Shown here: positions 35,475-49,891 of the stretch, piece by piece | Numbering within the stretch: the first letter of the stretch is position 1 | How the letters are laid out: each line of letters starts with the position of its first letter | Assembly: GCA_963844035.1 (NCBI GenBank) | Contig: CAWJMT010000012.1 | Coordinates: 64,001 to 128,000 of the forward strand | Direction of reading: 5' to 3' | From: an uncultured Gemmatimonadales bacterium | GTDB taxonomy: Bacteria; Gemmatimonadota; Gemmatimonadetes; Gemmatimonadales; GWC2-71-9 | DNA length: 64,000 nt | Translations under genes and position numbers: made by a program | Notes under the pieces: generated by a model | Databases searched by the model: none | What the model saw: the letters and a program-made list of their open reading frames with translations, nothing else | Told to the model about the DNA's origin: nothing

Positions 35475-36683
35475 GTGAGCGTTTCTCCCCCAGTCGCGGC
35501 TGATACGGTGGGCAGGTTCGGTCCCTACGGGGGCCGATACGTGCCCGAGACATTGATGGCGGCGCTCGAGGAGCTGACGAGCGTGTATGCCGCTGCCCAG
35601 GCCGACCCGGCCTTCGCGGCCGAGCTTGACGGTCTGCTGAGCGACTTTGTCGGCCGGCCCACGCCGCTGACGGAGACGCCGCGTCTCTCGGCCGCGGTCG
35701 GAGCGGGCGTTCGCGTAGTGCTCAAGCGGGAAGACCTGAACCACACCGGCGCGCACAAGATCAACAACACGCTGGGTCAGGTCCTGCTGGCACGTCGCAT
35801 GGGGAAACGCCGCATCATCGCCGAAACCGGGGCGGGCCAGCACGGGGTGGCTACCGCCACGGTGTGCGCGCGGTTCGGGCTCGAGTGCGTGGTCTACATG
35901 GGCGAGGAAGACATGCGCCGGCAGCGTCTCAACGTGTACCGAATGGAATTGATGGGTGCGAAGGTAGTTCCGGTGACGTCTGGAACGCGGACGTTGAAGG
36001 ATGCCACGAACGAGGCCCTGCGCGACTGGGTGACCAACGTTACGGGGACGCACTACATCATCGGGTCGGTCGTGGGCCCCGATCCGTTTCCCCGCATTGT
36101 GCGGGACTTCCAGGCCGTGATCGGGCGGGAGACGCGACGGCAGGTGCTGGAGCGGTTCGGTCGCCTGCCGACCACCGTCGTGGCGTGCGTCGGCGGGGGG
36201 TCGAACGCGATGGGGATATTCAGCGCTTTCTTGGACGATCGTGGGGTCGAGCTGGTTGGGGTGGAGGCTGCGGGTGAGGGAATCGGGACGACCCGCCATG
36301 CCGCCTCGCTCAGCCTCGGCAAGCCGGGGGTGTTCCACGGGAGCTTGAGTTACCTGCTGCAGGACGCGGACGGGCAGGTGCAGCCCGCTCATAGCGTGTC
36401 CGCGGGGCTCGACTATCCGGGTGTCGGGCCCGAACACGCTTTTCTGAAGGACTCGGGACGCGTATTGTATGAAGCGGTCACGGACCGGGCGGCCCTCGAG
36501 GCGTTTGCGGGGCTCTCCCGGCTCGAAGGGATTTTGCCAGCATTGGAAAGCGCGCATGCCGTGGCGTGGGTGTTGGGCCGCCGGGGCCACTGGAGTGAGG
36601 GCGATATCGTGATCATCAACTTGAGTGGTCGTGGCGACAAAGACGTCGCCATGGTGGCCGAGCTCTCCGGAGCTACGATCTGA
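35475..36683 (+). CDS. trpB: Tryptophan synthase beta subunit
   Basis: [45 protein letters not shown]; alternative start GTG 35445. Confidence 0.97.
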   Translation: MSVSPPVAADTVGRFGPYGGRYVPETLMAALEELTSVYAAAQADPAFAAELDGLLSDFVGRPTPLTETPRLSAAVGAGVRVVLKREDLNHTGAHKINNTLGQVLLARRMGKRRIIAETGAGQHGVATATVCARFGLECVVYMGEEDMRRQRLNVYRMELMGAKVVPVTSGTRTLKDATNEALRDWVTNVTGTHYIIGSVVGPDPFPRIVRDFQAVIGRETRRQVLERFGRLPTTVVACVGGGSNAMGIFSAFLDDRGVELVGVEAAGEGIGTTRHAASLSLGKPGVFHGSLSYLLQDADGQVQPAHSVSAGLDYPGVGPEHAFLKDSGRVLYEAVTDRAALEAFAGLSRLEGILPALESAHAVAWVLGRRGHWSEGDIVIINLSGRGDKDVAMVAELSGATI

Positions 36684-38359
36684 CCGGGACGCCGATTCCT
36701 GAGCTGGCGCTCCCGCCGTCACATGTCGAGGACCTGCTTCAGGTTCTCGTGAAGGGCCTCCGCGCCACTCAGCTGTACCTCCCCAACAACCCGGTTTACC
36801 AGCGAGCCGTCGAGAATATCCGCGCGGCCTTTCGCAAGGTCTGGCAGTCGATCGACGTGCTCAACCTCGACGTGGGGGAGACCGCGCTGAGCTGGGAGGA
36901 GGCGGTCGTCTACAATCAGGAGCAGCGCGCGGAAAGCGTAGCCTGGACGCTGTACAAGGACGGCATCCGATCAATCGCGCTGCGGCCCGGCGTCGAGGAG
37001 ACCGAAATCGTCCGCTTTCTCGCGGTGCTCCACAAGTCGAAGAATGTGACCTCCGACGCCGCCGATGACCTGCTGACGCTGCTGTGGGCGGAGGACTTCC
37101 ATTTCATCGCGTACACGTTCCGCGAGCTCGCCACCGAGAACGCGACGCCGATCGAGGCGGGAGAGACGATCCCCTCCGCGGCGCCGGCCACGATCCGTAC
37201 CGCCGTCGAGGAAGAGGCTCCGCCGCGGCCTGCCGGCATCGTGTCGATGGAGGATTTCGACACGACGCTGTATTTCCTCGAGGACCGCGAAGTCGAGTAT
37301 CTGCGGAAGGAGGCGGAGCGCGAGTACGGGCAGGATCTCCGCCGCAACGTTCTGGCGATGCTGTTCGATCTGCTCGAACTGCAAACCTACGGCACGGTGC
37401 GGGCCGAGCTGATCGGCATCGTCGAGAACTTCATCCCGTACCTGCTGGGCGCGGCGGACTTCCGATCCGTCGGATATATCCTGCGAGAGACGCGGGTGGT
37501 GCTGGAGCGGGCGCGGGAGCTGATTCCCGAACAGCGCGCGATCCTGGTGGGGCTCCCCGCCCGGCTCTCCCAGCCCGAGCCGCTGGCGCAGCTGCTGCAG
37601 TCGCTGGACGAAGCGACGATGCCACCGTCCGAGGAAGAGCTCGCTGAGACGTTCGGTGAAATGCGGCCGGAGGCGCTGCCCACGCTGATGGGATGGATTC
37701 CACGGCTCAGCAACCCGATGGTGCGGGATCTCGTCAATGCGTCCGCCTCTCGTCTGGCACAGGAGCACGCCGGCGAAGTGCTCAAGGTGCTGGGGAGCGC
37801 GGAGGACCCGGGCGCGCAGCTCGAGATGGTGCGCCTGGCGGGCCGCCTCAAGCTGCCCGGCGCCATCGAAGCGATGGGCCCGCTGTTCACAGCCGGCGAC
37901 CGGACGCTGAAGCTCGCCATCGTCGACGCGCTGCTGCAGGTCGCCTCGCCGACGGCGCTGCGGCTGCTCGAAAAGGGTGTGGACGATACCGATCGGGACG
38001 TGCGGATCGCCGCTGTAAAGTTTCTGGCGGCGCGCGGGCATCGCAACGCGCTCGCCCGCGTGGAGGCGGCGTTGACGAGTCCACAGCTCAAGGCGGCGGA
38101 CCTCACCGAGAAAATGGCGTTCTACGAGGCGTTCGGCACGCTGGCGGGCGCGAAGGGAGTGCCGGCCCTCGCCAAGGTGCTGGTGACCAAGGGGGTGTTC
38201 GCGCGGAAAGAAGATCCTGAGACGCGCGCCTGCGCCGCCATGGCGCTCGGCAAGATCCGCACGCCGGACGCGCGCGCGGCGCTGGAGGCGGCGACCCAGG
38301 ACAAGGAGCCGCTGGTTCGGAACGCCGTGACCCGCGCGCTGCGCGAGGTGGGATTGTGA
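36680..38359 (+). CDS. HEAT-repeat domain protein
   Basis: C-terminal HEAT-like repeats ([31 protein letters not shown]); frame open upstream of GTG 36749 to CTG 36680 with GGAG SD. Confidence 0.8.
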   Translation: MTGTPIPELALPPSHVEDLLQVLVKGLRATQLYLPNNPVYQRAVENIRAAFRKVWQSIDVLNLDVGETALSWEEAVVYNQEQRAESVAWTLYKDGIRSIALRPGVEETEIVRFLAVLHKSKNVTSDAADDLLTLLWAEDFHFIAYTFRELATENATPIEAGETIPSAAPATIRTAVEEEAPPRPAGIVSMEDFDTTLYFLEDREVEYLRKEAEREYGQDLRRNVLAMLFDLLELQTYGTVRAELIGIVENFIPYLLGAADFRSVGYILRETRVVLERARELIPEQRAILVGLPARLSQPEPLAQLLQSLDEATMPPSEEELAETFGEMRPEALPTLMGWIPRLSNPMVRDLVNASASRLAQEHAGEVLKVLGSAEDPGAQLEMVRLAGRLKLPGAIEAMGPLFTAGDRTLKLAIVDALLQVASPTALRLLEKGVDDTDRDVRIAAVKFLAARGHRNALARVEAALTSPQLKAADLTEKMAFYEAFGTLAGAKGVPALAKVLVTKGVFARKEDPETRACAAMALGKIRTPDARAALEAATQDKEPLVRNAVTRALREVGL

Positions 38360-39820
38360 GCGAGCCGGGCGCCCGCCGCTCCACGATGGTCGAGACCGTC
38401 CAGACCACGGACGGGTTCCTGCGCCACGCCGGCCGGGACTTTCTCGTCGTGCTCTACACGGCGTTTCGCTCGCTCAAGCTCTACCCGATCGAAAACGCGC
38501 AGGTGCAAAAGGCGCTGGACGAGCTGCTGACCACGACGAAGCACCTGCTCGAAGTGGAGCGTGAAATCGAGCTGCGCATGCAGGGGGAATTCATCTTCGT
38601 GAACTCCACCCGCCTGCGCCTCGACCTCGATAACTACGCGTCGTTCTCGCACATCCTCGGGGTGTTCAAGCAGTGCAGCATCGGCGGCATCCGCATTGAC
38701 GAAGGCGTGGATCGCCGCCAGCTGCAGATTTTCGTGTCGCTGCTCCTGTCGTACGCCGCCCGGGAGGCCACGCCGGAAAAAATCGCCGAGATCGCTCAGA
38801 AGATGATCGATGGCGGAGTCACGTTCATCAGCGTCGAGCCGCCCGTCGAGAGCGACGAGGACGTGCAGGACGCGGAGCGGCAAAAGGAAGCAGCGAAGCG
38901 CACCTATGCGCAGTCGGTGGCGGTGACCAAGGAGGTCATCAACAGCGTGCGCCTGGGCCGGACCGCCAACGTGAAGAAGGTCAAGCGCGCGGTGCAGGCG
39001 ATCGTGGACCAGGTGCTGAACAACGAAGCGTCGCTGGTGGGCCTCACGACGCTGCGGGACTACGACGAATACACGTTCACACACTCGGTGAACGTGTGCA
39101 TTTTCTCGGTCGCACTTGGCCGCAAGCTCGGCTTTGAGAAACTGCAGCTGTACGATCTCGGCCTGGCGGCGTTGTTCCACGACGTGGGCAAGTCGCGGGT
39201 GCCGCTCGACGTGCTGAACAAGGTGGGTGGTCTGTCGGACGAAGAGTGGCGTATCATGACGGCCCACCCGTGGCTGGGCGTGCTCACCCTGTTCGGGATC
39301 CGCGGCTACGGTGAGATTCCGTACCGGGGGATGATCGTAGCCTACGAGCACCACATGAAGACCGACCTGACCGGCTATCCCAAGTCCATCCGGCCGCGCG
39401 AGATTTCGATCTTCTCGAAGATCGTGGCGGTCGCGGACGGGTTCGATGCCGCGACCAGCCGCCGCACCTACCAGACCGTGCCGATTCAACCCGACCAGGT
39501 GCTCAAGGAAATGTGGGAGAACCCCCGGCGCGGATACGACGGCGTCGTGGTGAAGGCGTTCATCAACCTCATCGGGATCTATCCGGTCGGCACGTGCGTC
39601 ATTCTCGACACGCACGAGCTGGCCGTCGTCCACGCCGCGAACGCGAACGTGAGCGAGGTGCACCGGCCGGTGGTGCGCGTCGTCGCGACGCCGGAAGGGG
39701 CGCTGCAGCACCCCGGTGTCCTGGTGGATCTCGCGGAACGCGACGCCGATGGCAAATATCCCCGCACGATCGTCAAGGTGACCGACCCGCAAAAGTACGG
39801 CATCAACGTCAGCGACTATT

Positions 39821-39828
<8 letters not shown>
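38356..39828 (+). CDS. HD-GYP domain protein (putative c-di-GMP phosphodiesterase)
   Basis: YTFTHSVNV, FHDVGK, HPWLG, EHH-x5-TGYP, VADGFDA. Confidence 0.88.
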
Positions 39829-42688
<2,860 letters not shown>

Positions 42689-42706
42689 CGGGATTACCAT
42701 TCCGCT

Positions 42707-43135
42707 GTGCCGAAGGCCGAGCGGGTGTACGTGGCGCTGGGATCGAACGTCGGTGATCGGGAGACGCACCTGGCGCACGCGCGGGCCCGGCTGGCGGCGT
42801 TGCCGCACACCAAACTGAGCGCCGTCTCCACCGTGGAGGAGACCGCACCGCTTGGCCCCATTCCACAAGGTCCCTACCTCAACCAGATGGCGTTGCTCGA
42901 AACCGAACTCACGCCCGCCGAGCTGCTCGCCCACCTGCAGGCCATCGAGGCCGAGCGGGGCCGGGTGCGGTCGGTGCGGTGGGGGCCTCGCACCCTGGAC
43001 TTGGATATCGTGCGGTTCGGCGACGCCCGCGTCCGGGAGCCGTCCCTGACGCTGCCACATCCGGAGCTGCCGGCGCGCGATTTCTGGCGGCGTGAAATCG
43101 CGGAGCTCGACCAGGCGCGGACGCTTCATGAGTGA
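42707..43135 (+). CDS. folK: 6-hydroxymethyl-dihydropterin pyrophosphokinase
   Basis: VALGSNVGDR, YLN, RWGPRTLDLDI, LPHP. Confidence 0.95.
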   Translation: MPKAERVYVALGSNVGDRETHLAHARARLAALPHTKLSAVSTVEETAPLGPIPQGPYLNQMALLETELTPAELLAHLQAIEAERGRVRSVRWGPRTLDLDIVRFGDARVREPSLTLPHPELPARDFWRREIAELDQARTLHE

Positions 43136-43937
43136 CGCCCGCGTGCCGCTCACCATCCAGGATCTGAAGGATCGAAAGACCCGCGGCGAGCGTATCGTCA
43201 GCCTCACCTGTTACGACGTTCTGTTCGCGCGTCTGCTGGATGGGTGCGGCGTGGACGTGCTGCTGGTCGGGGATTCGGTGAACCAGGTGCTCGCCGGGGC
43301 CGAGACCACACTGTCCGCCACGCTGGACCAGATGATCTACCACACCAAATCCGTGCGGCGCGGCAGCGAGCGCGCGCTCGTGATCTGCGACATGCCGTTC
43401 CTCACGTATCAGGTGTCGCGCGAGGAGGCGATCCGTAACTGCGGACGGGTGCTCGCGGAGACCGGGTGCCACGGCGTGAAGCTGGAAGGCGGGGAGCCAA
43501 TCGCCGGCACGGTGCGCGCGCTGGTGGATGCGGGGATTCCGGTCATGGGCCATCTCGGGTTGACGCCCCAATCGGTGCATGCGTTGGGCGGGTACCGGGT
43601 CCAGGGGCGGGACGAGGCGGCCGCGGGACGCCTGCTCCAGGATGCCAAGGCGCTCGAAAGCGCAGGGGCGTTCGCCGTCGTACTCGAGCTCATCCCGGCG
43701 CCGCTCGCATCGCGAGTCACCAAGGCGCTGACGATTCCCACCATCGGGATCGGAGCCGGGCCGGCGTGCGACGGGCAGGTCCTCGTGCTGCACGATCTGT
43801 TGGGCCTGAACGACACGTTCAACGCCAAATTCGTCAAACGCTACGCGACCCTGGCTCAGGACGTGCGCGAGGCGGTCGAGCTGTTCGCGGCCGAGGTGCG
43901 CGAGGGACGCTTTCCAGGCCCGGAGCATTCGTTTTGA
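43128..43937 (+). CDS. panB: 3-methyl-2-oxobutanoate hydroxymethyltransferase
   Basis: LLVGDS, DMPF, VKLEGG, GHLGLTPQ, IGIGAG, DGQVLV. Confidence 0.96.
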   Translation: MSDARVPLTIQDLKDRKTRGERIVSLTCYDVLFARLLDGCGVDVLLVGDSVNQVLAGAETTLSATLDQMIYHTKSVRRGSERALVICDMPFLTYQVSREEAIRNCGRVLAETGCHGVKLEGGEPIAGTVRALVDAGIPVMGHLGLTPQSVHALGGYRVQGRDEAAAGRLLQDAKALESAGAFAVVLELIPAPLASRVTKALTIPTIGIGAGPACDGQVLVLHDLLGLNDTFNAKFVKRYATLAQDVREAVELFAAEVREGRFPGPEHSF

Positions 43938-43938
43938 G

Positions 43939-44808
43939 ATGCAGGAGATCACTGTGCCGGCGGACATGCGCGCGTGGTCCCGCGCCGCGCGCAAGCGCGG
44001 CCAACGCGTCGGACTCGTGCCGACGATGGGATTTCTGCATGAGGGGCATCTGCGCCTCGTGGACCGGGCGCGGGAGCGCAGCGATCGCGTAGTCCTCAGC
44101 ATCTTCGTCAATCCGCTGCAATTCGGCGCCGGTGAAGATTTCACGAGTTATCCCCGCGACCTCGAGCGGGACCGGGCGCTGGCGGCCGCGCGCGGGGTGG
44201 ACTGCCTGTTTGTGCCCGAGACTCAGGCGATGTACCGCGACTCGCCGCTCGTCCGGATCCGGGCGGGCACCATGGCCGAAACGCTCGAAGGGGCTGCGCG
44301 CCCCGGACACTTCGACGGCGTGCTCACCGTGGTCGCCAAGCTGTTTCATCTCGCCGAGCCCGACATCGCGTGCTTCGGCCGCAAGGATTTTCAGCAGGCG
44401 ACCCTGGTGCGCCGCATGGTGGCCGATCTGGATTTCGCGCTCGAAGTGGACGTGGCCGCCACGGTGCGCGAGCTCGATGGACTCGCGCTGTCATCGCGCA
44501 ACAGCTACCTCAGCGCCGACGAGCGGCGTGCCGCGTTGGCATTGTCTCGCGCACTGCGCGCCGTCGAGCAGGCGTGGCGCGGTGGCGAAGCCGATCCCGC
44601 GGTCATCGTGCGGCGGGGAATGCAGGTGCTCAGTGCGCCGGGCGTGGTTCCTGAGTACGTCGCGCTGGTGGGCGAGGACATGCGGCCCGTCGAGCGCGCC
44701 GATGCGCGCACGGTTGCGGCCGTGGCGGCCAGGGTAGGGCGCACACGCCTGATCGACAACGTGGTGCTGGGTGAAGGGGTGGCTGCCGACCCGGTGGTGC
44801 GAGGGTGA
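43939..44808 (+). CDS. panC: Pantoate--beta-alanine ligase
   Basis: VPTMGFLHEGH, SIFVNPLQF, RPGHFDG, FGRKDFQQ, LSSRN, RLIDN. Confidence 0.96.
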   Translation: MQEITVPADMRAWSRAARKRGQRVGLVPTMGFLHEGHLRLVDRARERSDRVVLSIFVNPLQFGAGEDFTSYPRDLERDRALAAARGVDCLFVPETQAMYRDSPLVRIRAGTMAETLEGAARPGHFDGVLTVVAKLFHLAEPDIACFGRKDFQQATLVRRMVADLDFALEVDVAATVRELDGLALSSRNSYLSADERRAALALSRALRAVEQAWRGGEADPAVIVRRGMQVLSAPGVVPEYVALVGEDMRPVERADARTVAAVAARVGRTRLIDNVVLGEGVAADPVVRG

Positions 44809-45308
44809 GCGCTACCCTGCCGCCCTGGGCTCAAGTCTCGGCGAAACGGCAGGCGCATATCGAGCGCGTCGCCGGCCTGACCGCTGAGTGGGCGGACGCC
44901 ATGGGGGTTCCGGCGACGGAACGCGGGCGCTGGCTCAAGGCGGCGTACCTGCATGACGCGTTGCGCGACGCCCCACTGGCCGACCAGCTGGCGCACGGGC
45001 CGGCTGCCGCCGATCGTGCTGCTCGCGAGGGCGAAACCGACCAGGGGGTTCTGGACGCGGTGCGCTACCATACGGTGGGCTACGCCGGATGGGACGACGC
45101 CGGCCGCATGCTCTATCTCGCCGACTTTCTCGAGCCGGGACGGACGTTTGCCGCGGACGAACGGCGGGCGCTGGCGCGGCGTGTTCCCGCAGAGCGGGAC
45201 GCAGTGCTCAAGGAGGTGGTGCGGTGGCGCATCGAATGGGTGCTGCGCTCCGGGTGGCCGCTCGTTCCGGAAACGGTGGGCTTGTGGAACGCGCTCGCCT
45301 CGCGCTGA
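44805..45308 (+). CDS. HD-domain hydrolase, YqeK (Ap4A hydrolase)-like
   Basis: RQAHIERV, LHD, HGPAAA, YHTVG, YLADFLEPGR. Confidence 0.75.
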   Translation: MSATLPPWAQVSAKRQAHIERVAGLTAEWADAMGVPATERGRWLKAAYLHDALRDAPLADQLAHGPAAADRAAREGETDQGVLDAVRYHTVGYAGWDDAGRMLYLADFLEPGRTFAADERRALARRVPAERDAVLKEVVRWRIEWVLRSGWPLVPETVGLWNALASR

Positions 45309-45686
45309 TCGCTGGGTGTCTGGGCGCTCGGCGCGTGCCGGAGCGACGCCCGGGACGCACCGCTGCCGCTCCCTGGCGAACGGGGACCGCGGATGATCGT
45401 CGAGGTATTCAATGCCAGCGGGCGTGCGGGGCTGGGGCGCGTGGGGACGCGCGTGCTGCGGCGGGAAGGCATCGACGTGGTCGCCCTGGGGACCGTGTCC
45501 GACGGCGAAGGGACGCTCGACACCACGCGCATCGTCGTGCGCCGGGGCTCGCTCGCCGCCGCCACGGCGATTCGCAACGCGTTGGGGGTGGGACGCGTGT
45601 TGATGCAGCCCGACAGTACGCGGCTACTCGATGCGAGCGTGTTCCTCGGGGGCGACTTTTCGCCGCGCCTCGAGTTCCACCCGTAG
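45284..45686 (+). CDS. LytR C-terminal domain lipoprotein (apparent frameshift near 45322)
   Basis: VEVFNASGRAGLG...DASVFLGGDF; LGAC lipobox restored by removing one G. Confidence 0.75.
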
Positions 45687-46688
45687 CTGCCCGCAGGCGG
45701 CGCTGATGTCCATCCCACGGCTGCGGCGCAGCACCACATGCACACCGCGGCTCTGGAGCCGCTGCTCGAACGCGAGCATGCGCTGACGCGAGCTGGGGGT
45801 GAGGTCGGGCGCGCCCCCGGGATGGAGCGGCAGGAGATTCACCAGCGCGCCGAGCGGTGCGGCGAGGGCGGCGAGCTGGTCGGCCATCTCGGGCGCATCG
45901 TTCCGTCCCCCGATCAACACGTATTCGAGCGTCACCCGCCGGCGAAACTGCTGCAGCGCGCCGAGGACGTCCGCCAACCCGTACTTCTTTTCGATCGGCA
46001 TCAGCTCGAGCCGCAACGCCGGCGTCGGCGCGTGCAGTGAGATGGCAAGCCGGAACTGCTCCGGCCGTTTGGCGAGCTGCGCGAGCTGGGGCACGATGCC
46101 GACGGTCGAGACCGTGATGTGCCGCGCCCCGATGCCGAGCCCCTCGGGGTGATTGAGAATCGAAAGGGCGGTATCGACCGCGGGCCAGTTGAGCAGCGGC
46201 TCTCCCATGCCCATGAAGACCACGTTGGTCGGGCGCGCGGCCGGATCGCGCAACACCAGCTCTCGCACCTGATTCGCGATCTCGCCGGCGGAGAGATTGC
46301 GCCGGAATCCCATGCGGCCGGTGGCGCAGAAGATGCAGCCGAGGGCGCACCCCACTTGCGACGAGATGCACAGCGTGCGCCGCTTCCCTTCGGGAATCAG
46401 CACCGATTCAATCGCGTCGCCGTCGGCCGGGAGCCACAGGAACTTCTCGGTTCCGTCGCTCGACACCTGGTGGGTGCCAAGGATGAGGCCGGTGAGCGGG
46501 AAGCTCTCTGCGAGCGCCGTCCGTAACCCCGCGGGCAAATCGGTCGCCTCGTCCCAGGTACGTACCGGTCGCTCCCACAGTCGCGGCAGGATCTGGCGGA
46601 CCCGGTACCCGGGTTCGCCGCGAGCCGCGCTCCACTGTTCGAGCGCCGCCCGCGCCTCGGGGACCGGGAGCGACAGGAGATCGGTCAC
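45624..46688 (-). CDS. rlmN: Dual-specificity RNA methyltransferase RlmN
   Basis: CISSQVGCALGCIFC radical-SAM motif, FMGMGEP, ISLHA, AACGQL. Confidence 0.96.
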   Translation of the reverse strand: MTDLLSLPVPEARAALEQWSAARGEPGYRVRQILPRLWERPVRTWDEATDLPAGLRTALAESFPLTGLILGTHQVSSDGTEKFLWLPADGDAIESVLIPEGKRRTLCISSQVGCALGCIFCATGRMGFRRNLSAGEIANQVRELVLRDPAARPTNVVFMGMGEPLLNWPAVDTALSILNHPEGLGIGARHITVSTVGIVPQLAQLAKRPEQFRLAISLHAPTPALRLELMPIEKKYGLADVLGALQQFRRRVTLEYVLIGGRNDAPEMADQLAALAAPLGALVNLLPLHPGGAPDLTPSSRQRMLAFEQRLQSRGVHVVLRRSRGMDISAACGQLRVELEARRKVAPEEHARIE

Positions 46689-47581
46689 TCGGTCCCCGCG
46701 TCGAGCCCGACGCGGTACGCGGACCCGATCTCACTGGCCCCCGCGTCGCGCGCGTAAGTCACGCCATAGTGCCCGACGGTCACCCGAATTCCGGCGCTGC
46801 CCCGCCACAGCGGGGCGCCATAGCCACCTTCCCGCACGACCCGCACGTCCAACTTGAATTGCGCGCCGACCTTGAGCCCCAGCCCGAGTTGATGGTCGGC
46901 GCTCACACCTCGGCCGAGCGAGAAGCCGTAGCGAGCAGTCAGGGATGACGGGCCGCTGCCGTCCCATAGGCTGCCGCGCCACATGCGGCGCTCCACGCCC
47001 CCCGAGAAATCCTGGTGCGGATCGCCCGGCACGAGTGGGGCAAACAGGTGTGCGGCTCCCGCGACGCGAAACGCGGCGGGGAGTTCCTGGGAAATTCCGA
47101 CGTCGCCCCCGAGCTCGTGTGCGTGGACGTCGTCGAGCGTCACGTCTTGCAGTCCCAGCGTTGCCCCCAGCGTGGTTCCCCCCAGCGTCATCGTCCAGTT
47201 CCCGCCGACGAACTGCGCATAGTAGGGAATCGGTCCCGACTCCTCCATGGTACTCGTCCCAGTGCGGATCAAGTCGGACATCTCCATGTTGCCGTACACC
47301 AGGCCCAGTTCTCCCAGCGGATGCAGCCGGAGCCGTCCCACGGCCAGCAGCCCTGTGGCGCTCACAGCCGACGGAGTCTGAATGATCTCCAGGGACAGGC
47401 TTGCGCGCCCGGCCGGGGGCCGTTGGGCCGGGTTCCATATGGCACTCGCGCCACTGGTGGACAGGGCCGACGGAACCGTCAGGGTGGTGCCGGCGAGGCG
47501 CCAGAGCTGCGTTGCCGCCGCCCCTTGGGCCGCCAGCGCCCCGGGGGCACATACCGCCAGCAAGGTGGCAATGCGTTGCAT
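46685..47581 (-). CDS. Hypothetical exported protein, possible outer-membrane beta-barrel
   Basis: Signal peptide ending ALAAQ, WNPA motif, alternating beta-strand pattern at the C-terminus. Confidence 0.55.
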   Translation of the reverse strand: MQRIATLLAVCAPGALAAQGAAATQLWRLAGTTLTVPSALSTSGASAIWNPAQRPPAGRASLSLEIIQTPSAVSATGLLAVGRLRLHPLGELGLVYGNMEMSDLIRTGTSTMEESGPIPYYAQFVGGNWTMTLGGTTLGATLGLQDVTLDDVHAHELGGDVGISQELPAAFRVAGAAHLFAPLVPGDPHQDFSGGVERRMWRGSLWDGSGPSSLTARYGFSLGRGVSADHQLGLGLKVGAQFKLDVRVVREGGYGAPLWRGSAGIRVTVGHYGVTYARDAGASEIGSAYRVGLDAGTE

Positions 47582-47658
47582 GTTGATCGGTTACCGTGCC
47601 AAGTGGCGCTGTCAATTCAAGTTAACTATCTTCAATCGGTTACGACACTTGGCATCGC

Positions 47659-48117
47659 ATGCGGCTGTCTGAGCTATTGCCTCCCAGCAGTATCCGGGTC
47701 CCCCTCCAGGCGCGCGACAAGCCGGGAGTGCTTCGGGAGTTGGCTACCCTGATCATGCCAGGAAGCGGCGGGCCGTTGGAGGAGGTGCTCAGCGCCATCC
47801 TCGAGCGCGAGCGTCAATTTCCAACGGGGATCGGCTACGGCGTGGCCGTCCCGCACGGAAAGTGCCCGGCCCTATCGAGGCTTGGAGCCGTGGCGGGCAC
47901 GACGCCCGACCCCGTGGCCTACGAGACGGTAGACGGAGCGCCGGTGCGGATCTTCTTCATGCTGGTGGGTCCTGAGTCCGAGGCCGGAGCCCACGTGAAG
48001 GCGATCAGCCGCATCTCGCGGCTGGTGCGCCACGAGGTGGTGCGGGCCCACCTGCTCGAGGCTCGCACCCCAGAGGAGTTCCATCGCGTGCTGTGCGAAG
48101 CCGAAGGAGTTCAGTGA
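47659..48117 (+). CDS. PTS EIIA domain protein (second paralog)
   Basis: ERERQFPTGIGYGVAVPHGK, VDGAPV, HVKAISRISR. Confidence 0.88.
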   Translation: MRLSELLPPSSIRVPLQARDKPGVLRELATLIMPGSGGPLEEVLSAILERERQFPTGIGYGVAVPHGKCPALSRLGAVAGTTPDPVAYETVDGAPVRIFFMLVGPESEAGAHVKAISRISRLVRHEVVRAHLLEARTPEEFHRVLCEAEGVQ

Positions 48118-48118
48118 C

Positions 48119-49891
48119 TTGAGTGCGACGAGTTTGCGGACCCACCTCTGCGGCGCGCTGCGCCTGGAGCACGCGGGGCAGCGTGTGCGCCTCGGCGGCT
48201 GGGTGCATCGGCGCCGCGACCTTGGCGGCATCGTCTTCCTCGACCTGCGCGACCGGGCTGGCCTGATCCAAGTGGCGTTCGGGCCCGGCTGGGCGGCGGA
48301 GGCGGTGATAAAGCAGTCGGGGAGCCTGGGGAGCGAGGCGGTCGTCCTCGTCGAGGGTGTCGTCGTGGCTCGTCCGTCCAACGCCAAGAACCCCGAGATG
48401 CCCACCGGGGACGTCGAAGTTCACGCCGATGCGGTCACGCTGGTCGGCCCGGCCGTCACTCCGGTGATTCCGGTCGCGGGGGGGAAGAACGACGAGCTCC
48501 CCGCGGAGGAGCTGCGGCTCAAGTACCGCCACCTCGATCTGCGCCGTCCCGAGCTGCAGGCCAACCTGATCCTGCGCCACCGGCTGCTGCAATGCGCCCG
48601 GCGCACGCTGTCCGACCTGGGGTTTCTCGAAATCGAGACGCCGATTCTCACCAAGCCGACTCCCGAAGGCGCGCGAGACTACCTCGTGCCGTCGCGCGTC
48701 CATGCCGGCGAGTTCTACGCGCTCCCCCAGTCGCCCCAGCTCTACAAACAGCTCCTGATGGTGTCGGGGTTCGACCGCTACTTCCAGATCGCCCGCTGCT
48801 TCCGGGACGAAGACCTCCGCAACGACCGGCAGCCGGAGTTCACGCAGATCGACCTCGAGGCGTCGTTCGTCGGCGTCGAGGACGTGTGCCGCGTGGTCGA
48901 GACCTTGCTGGTCGCGCTGTGGGCCGAGGCGGGGCACACCATTCCGCATCCGTTCGTGCGGATCTCGTACCGCGACGCGATGGAGCGGTACGGGACCGAC
49001 AAGCCCGATCTTCGCTACGAAGATTTTCCGATCGCCGACTGGACCGCGCGAGTGCAGCCGTTGGGTGTGCCGTTCGTCGAGTCGGCCTTGAAGAACGGGG
49101 CGCGCGTTCGCGGCGTGGCGGTGCGGGGCGGGAGCGTGTTGTCGCGCAAGGACGTCGACCAGCTCGCGGCGGCGGCCAAGGAGATGGGCGGTACGGGACT
49201 CGCCTGGGCGAAGCGCCAGGGTGCGGAGATCACGGGCTCGGTCGGGAAGTATTTCTCGGCCGGCGTGCTGGACGAGCTCGGCGTCGCCGACGGTGACGCC
49301 GCATTGCTGACGGTCGGCCCGGACCGCGTGACATCGCCCGTGTTGCACCGCGTGCGCCAGGAGGTGATCCGCCGCCTCGCGCCGCCGCCCAAGGCTGAAC
49401 ATGCGTTCTGTTGGGTGATGGACTTTCCGCTGTTCGAGCCGGATCCGGAGACGGGCCGCCCCGTGTTCACGCATCACCCGTTCACGGCGCCCCATCCCGA
49501 CGACACCGGACTGCTCGAGCGCGATCCGTTTGCGTGCCGGGCGCTGCACTACGATGCCGTGTACAACGGTACCGAGCTCGGCTCCGGGTCGATCCGCATC
49601 ACCGACCCCGCAGCGCAGCGGGCGGTGCTGGCCCAGCTCGGCATTACCGGCGCGGACGCCGACGCGCGATTCGGGTTCCTCCTCGCTGGGTTAGCCGCGG
49701 GCGCTCCGCCGCACGGCGGGTTCGCGATCGGGTTCGATCGCGTGACGATGCTGCTCGCCCGCGCGGGGAGCCTGCGCGACGTGATCGCGTTCCCGAAGAC
49801 CACCGCGGCGCGCGCATTGTTTGAAGGCGCCCCCGGTCCGGTCAGCCCTGCCGACATGGCGGCCCTCCACATCGCAGTGAAGGAATCGTGA
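48119..49891 (+). CDS. aspS: Aspartate--tRNA ligase
   Basis: RTHLCG, GWVHRRRDLGG, TPEGARDYLVP, LPQSPQ, FRDED, PPHGG, DVIAFPK. Confidence 0.97.
   Translation: MSATSLRTHLCGALRLEHAGQRVRLGGWVHRRRDLGGIVFLDLRDRAGLIQVAFGPGWAAEAVIKQSGSLGSEAVVLVEGVVVARPSNAKNPEMPTGDVEVHADAVTLVGPAVTPVIPVAGGKNDELPAEELRLKYRHLDLRRPELQANLILRHRLLQCARRTLSDLGFLEIETPILTKPTPEGARDYLVPSRVHAGEFYALPQSPQLYKQLLMVSGFDRYFQIARCFRDEDLRNDRQPEFTQIDLEASFVGVEDVCRVVETLLVALWAEAGHTIPHPFVRISYRDAMERYGTDKPDLRYEDFPIADWTARVQPLGVPFVESALKNGARVRGVAVRGGSVLSRKDVDQLAAAAKEMGGTGLAWAKRQGAEITGSVGKYFSAGVLDELGVADGDAALLTVGPDRVTSPVLHRVRQEVIRRLAPPPKAEHAFCWVMDFPLFEPDPETGRPVFTHHPFTAPHPDDTGLLERDPFACRALHYDAVYNGTELGSGSIRITDPAAQRAVLAQLGITGADADARFGFLLAGLAAGAPPHGGFAIGFDRVTMLLARAGSLRDVIAFPKTTAARALFEGAPGPVSPADMAALHIAVKES

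Noticed and set aside
47582..47658. Sigma54 promoter (TTGGCACG on the minus strand) and IHF-like site in the divergent gap
   Set aside because: The -24 element lacks a correctly spaced TTGC -12, and the IHF-like match is too degenerate to call
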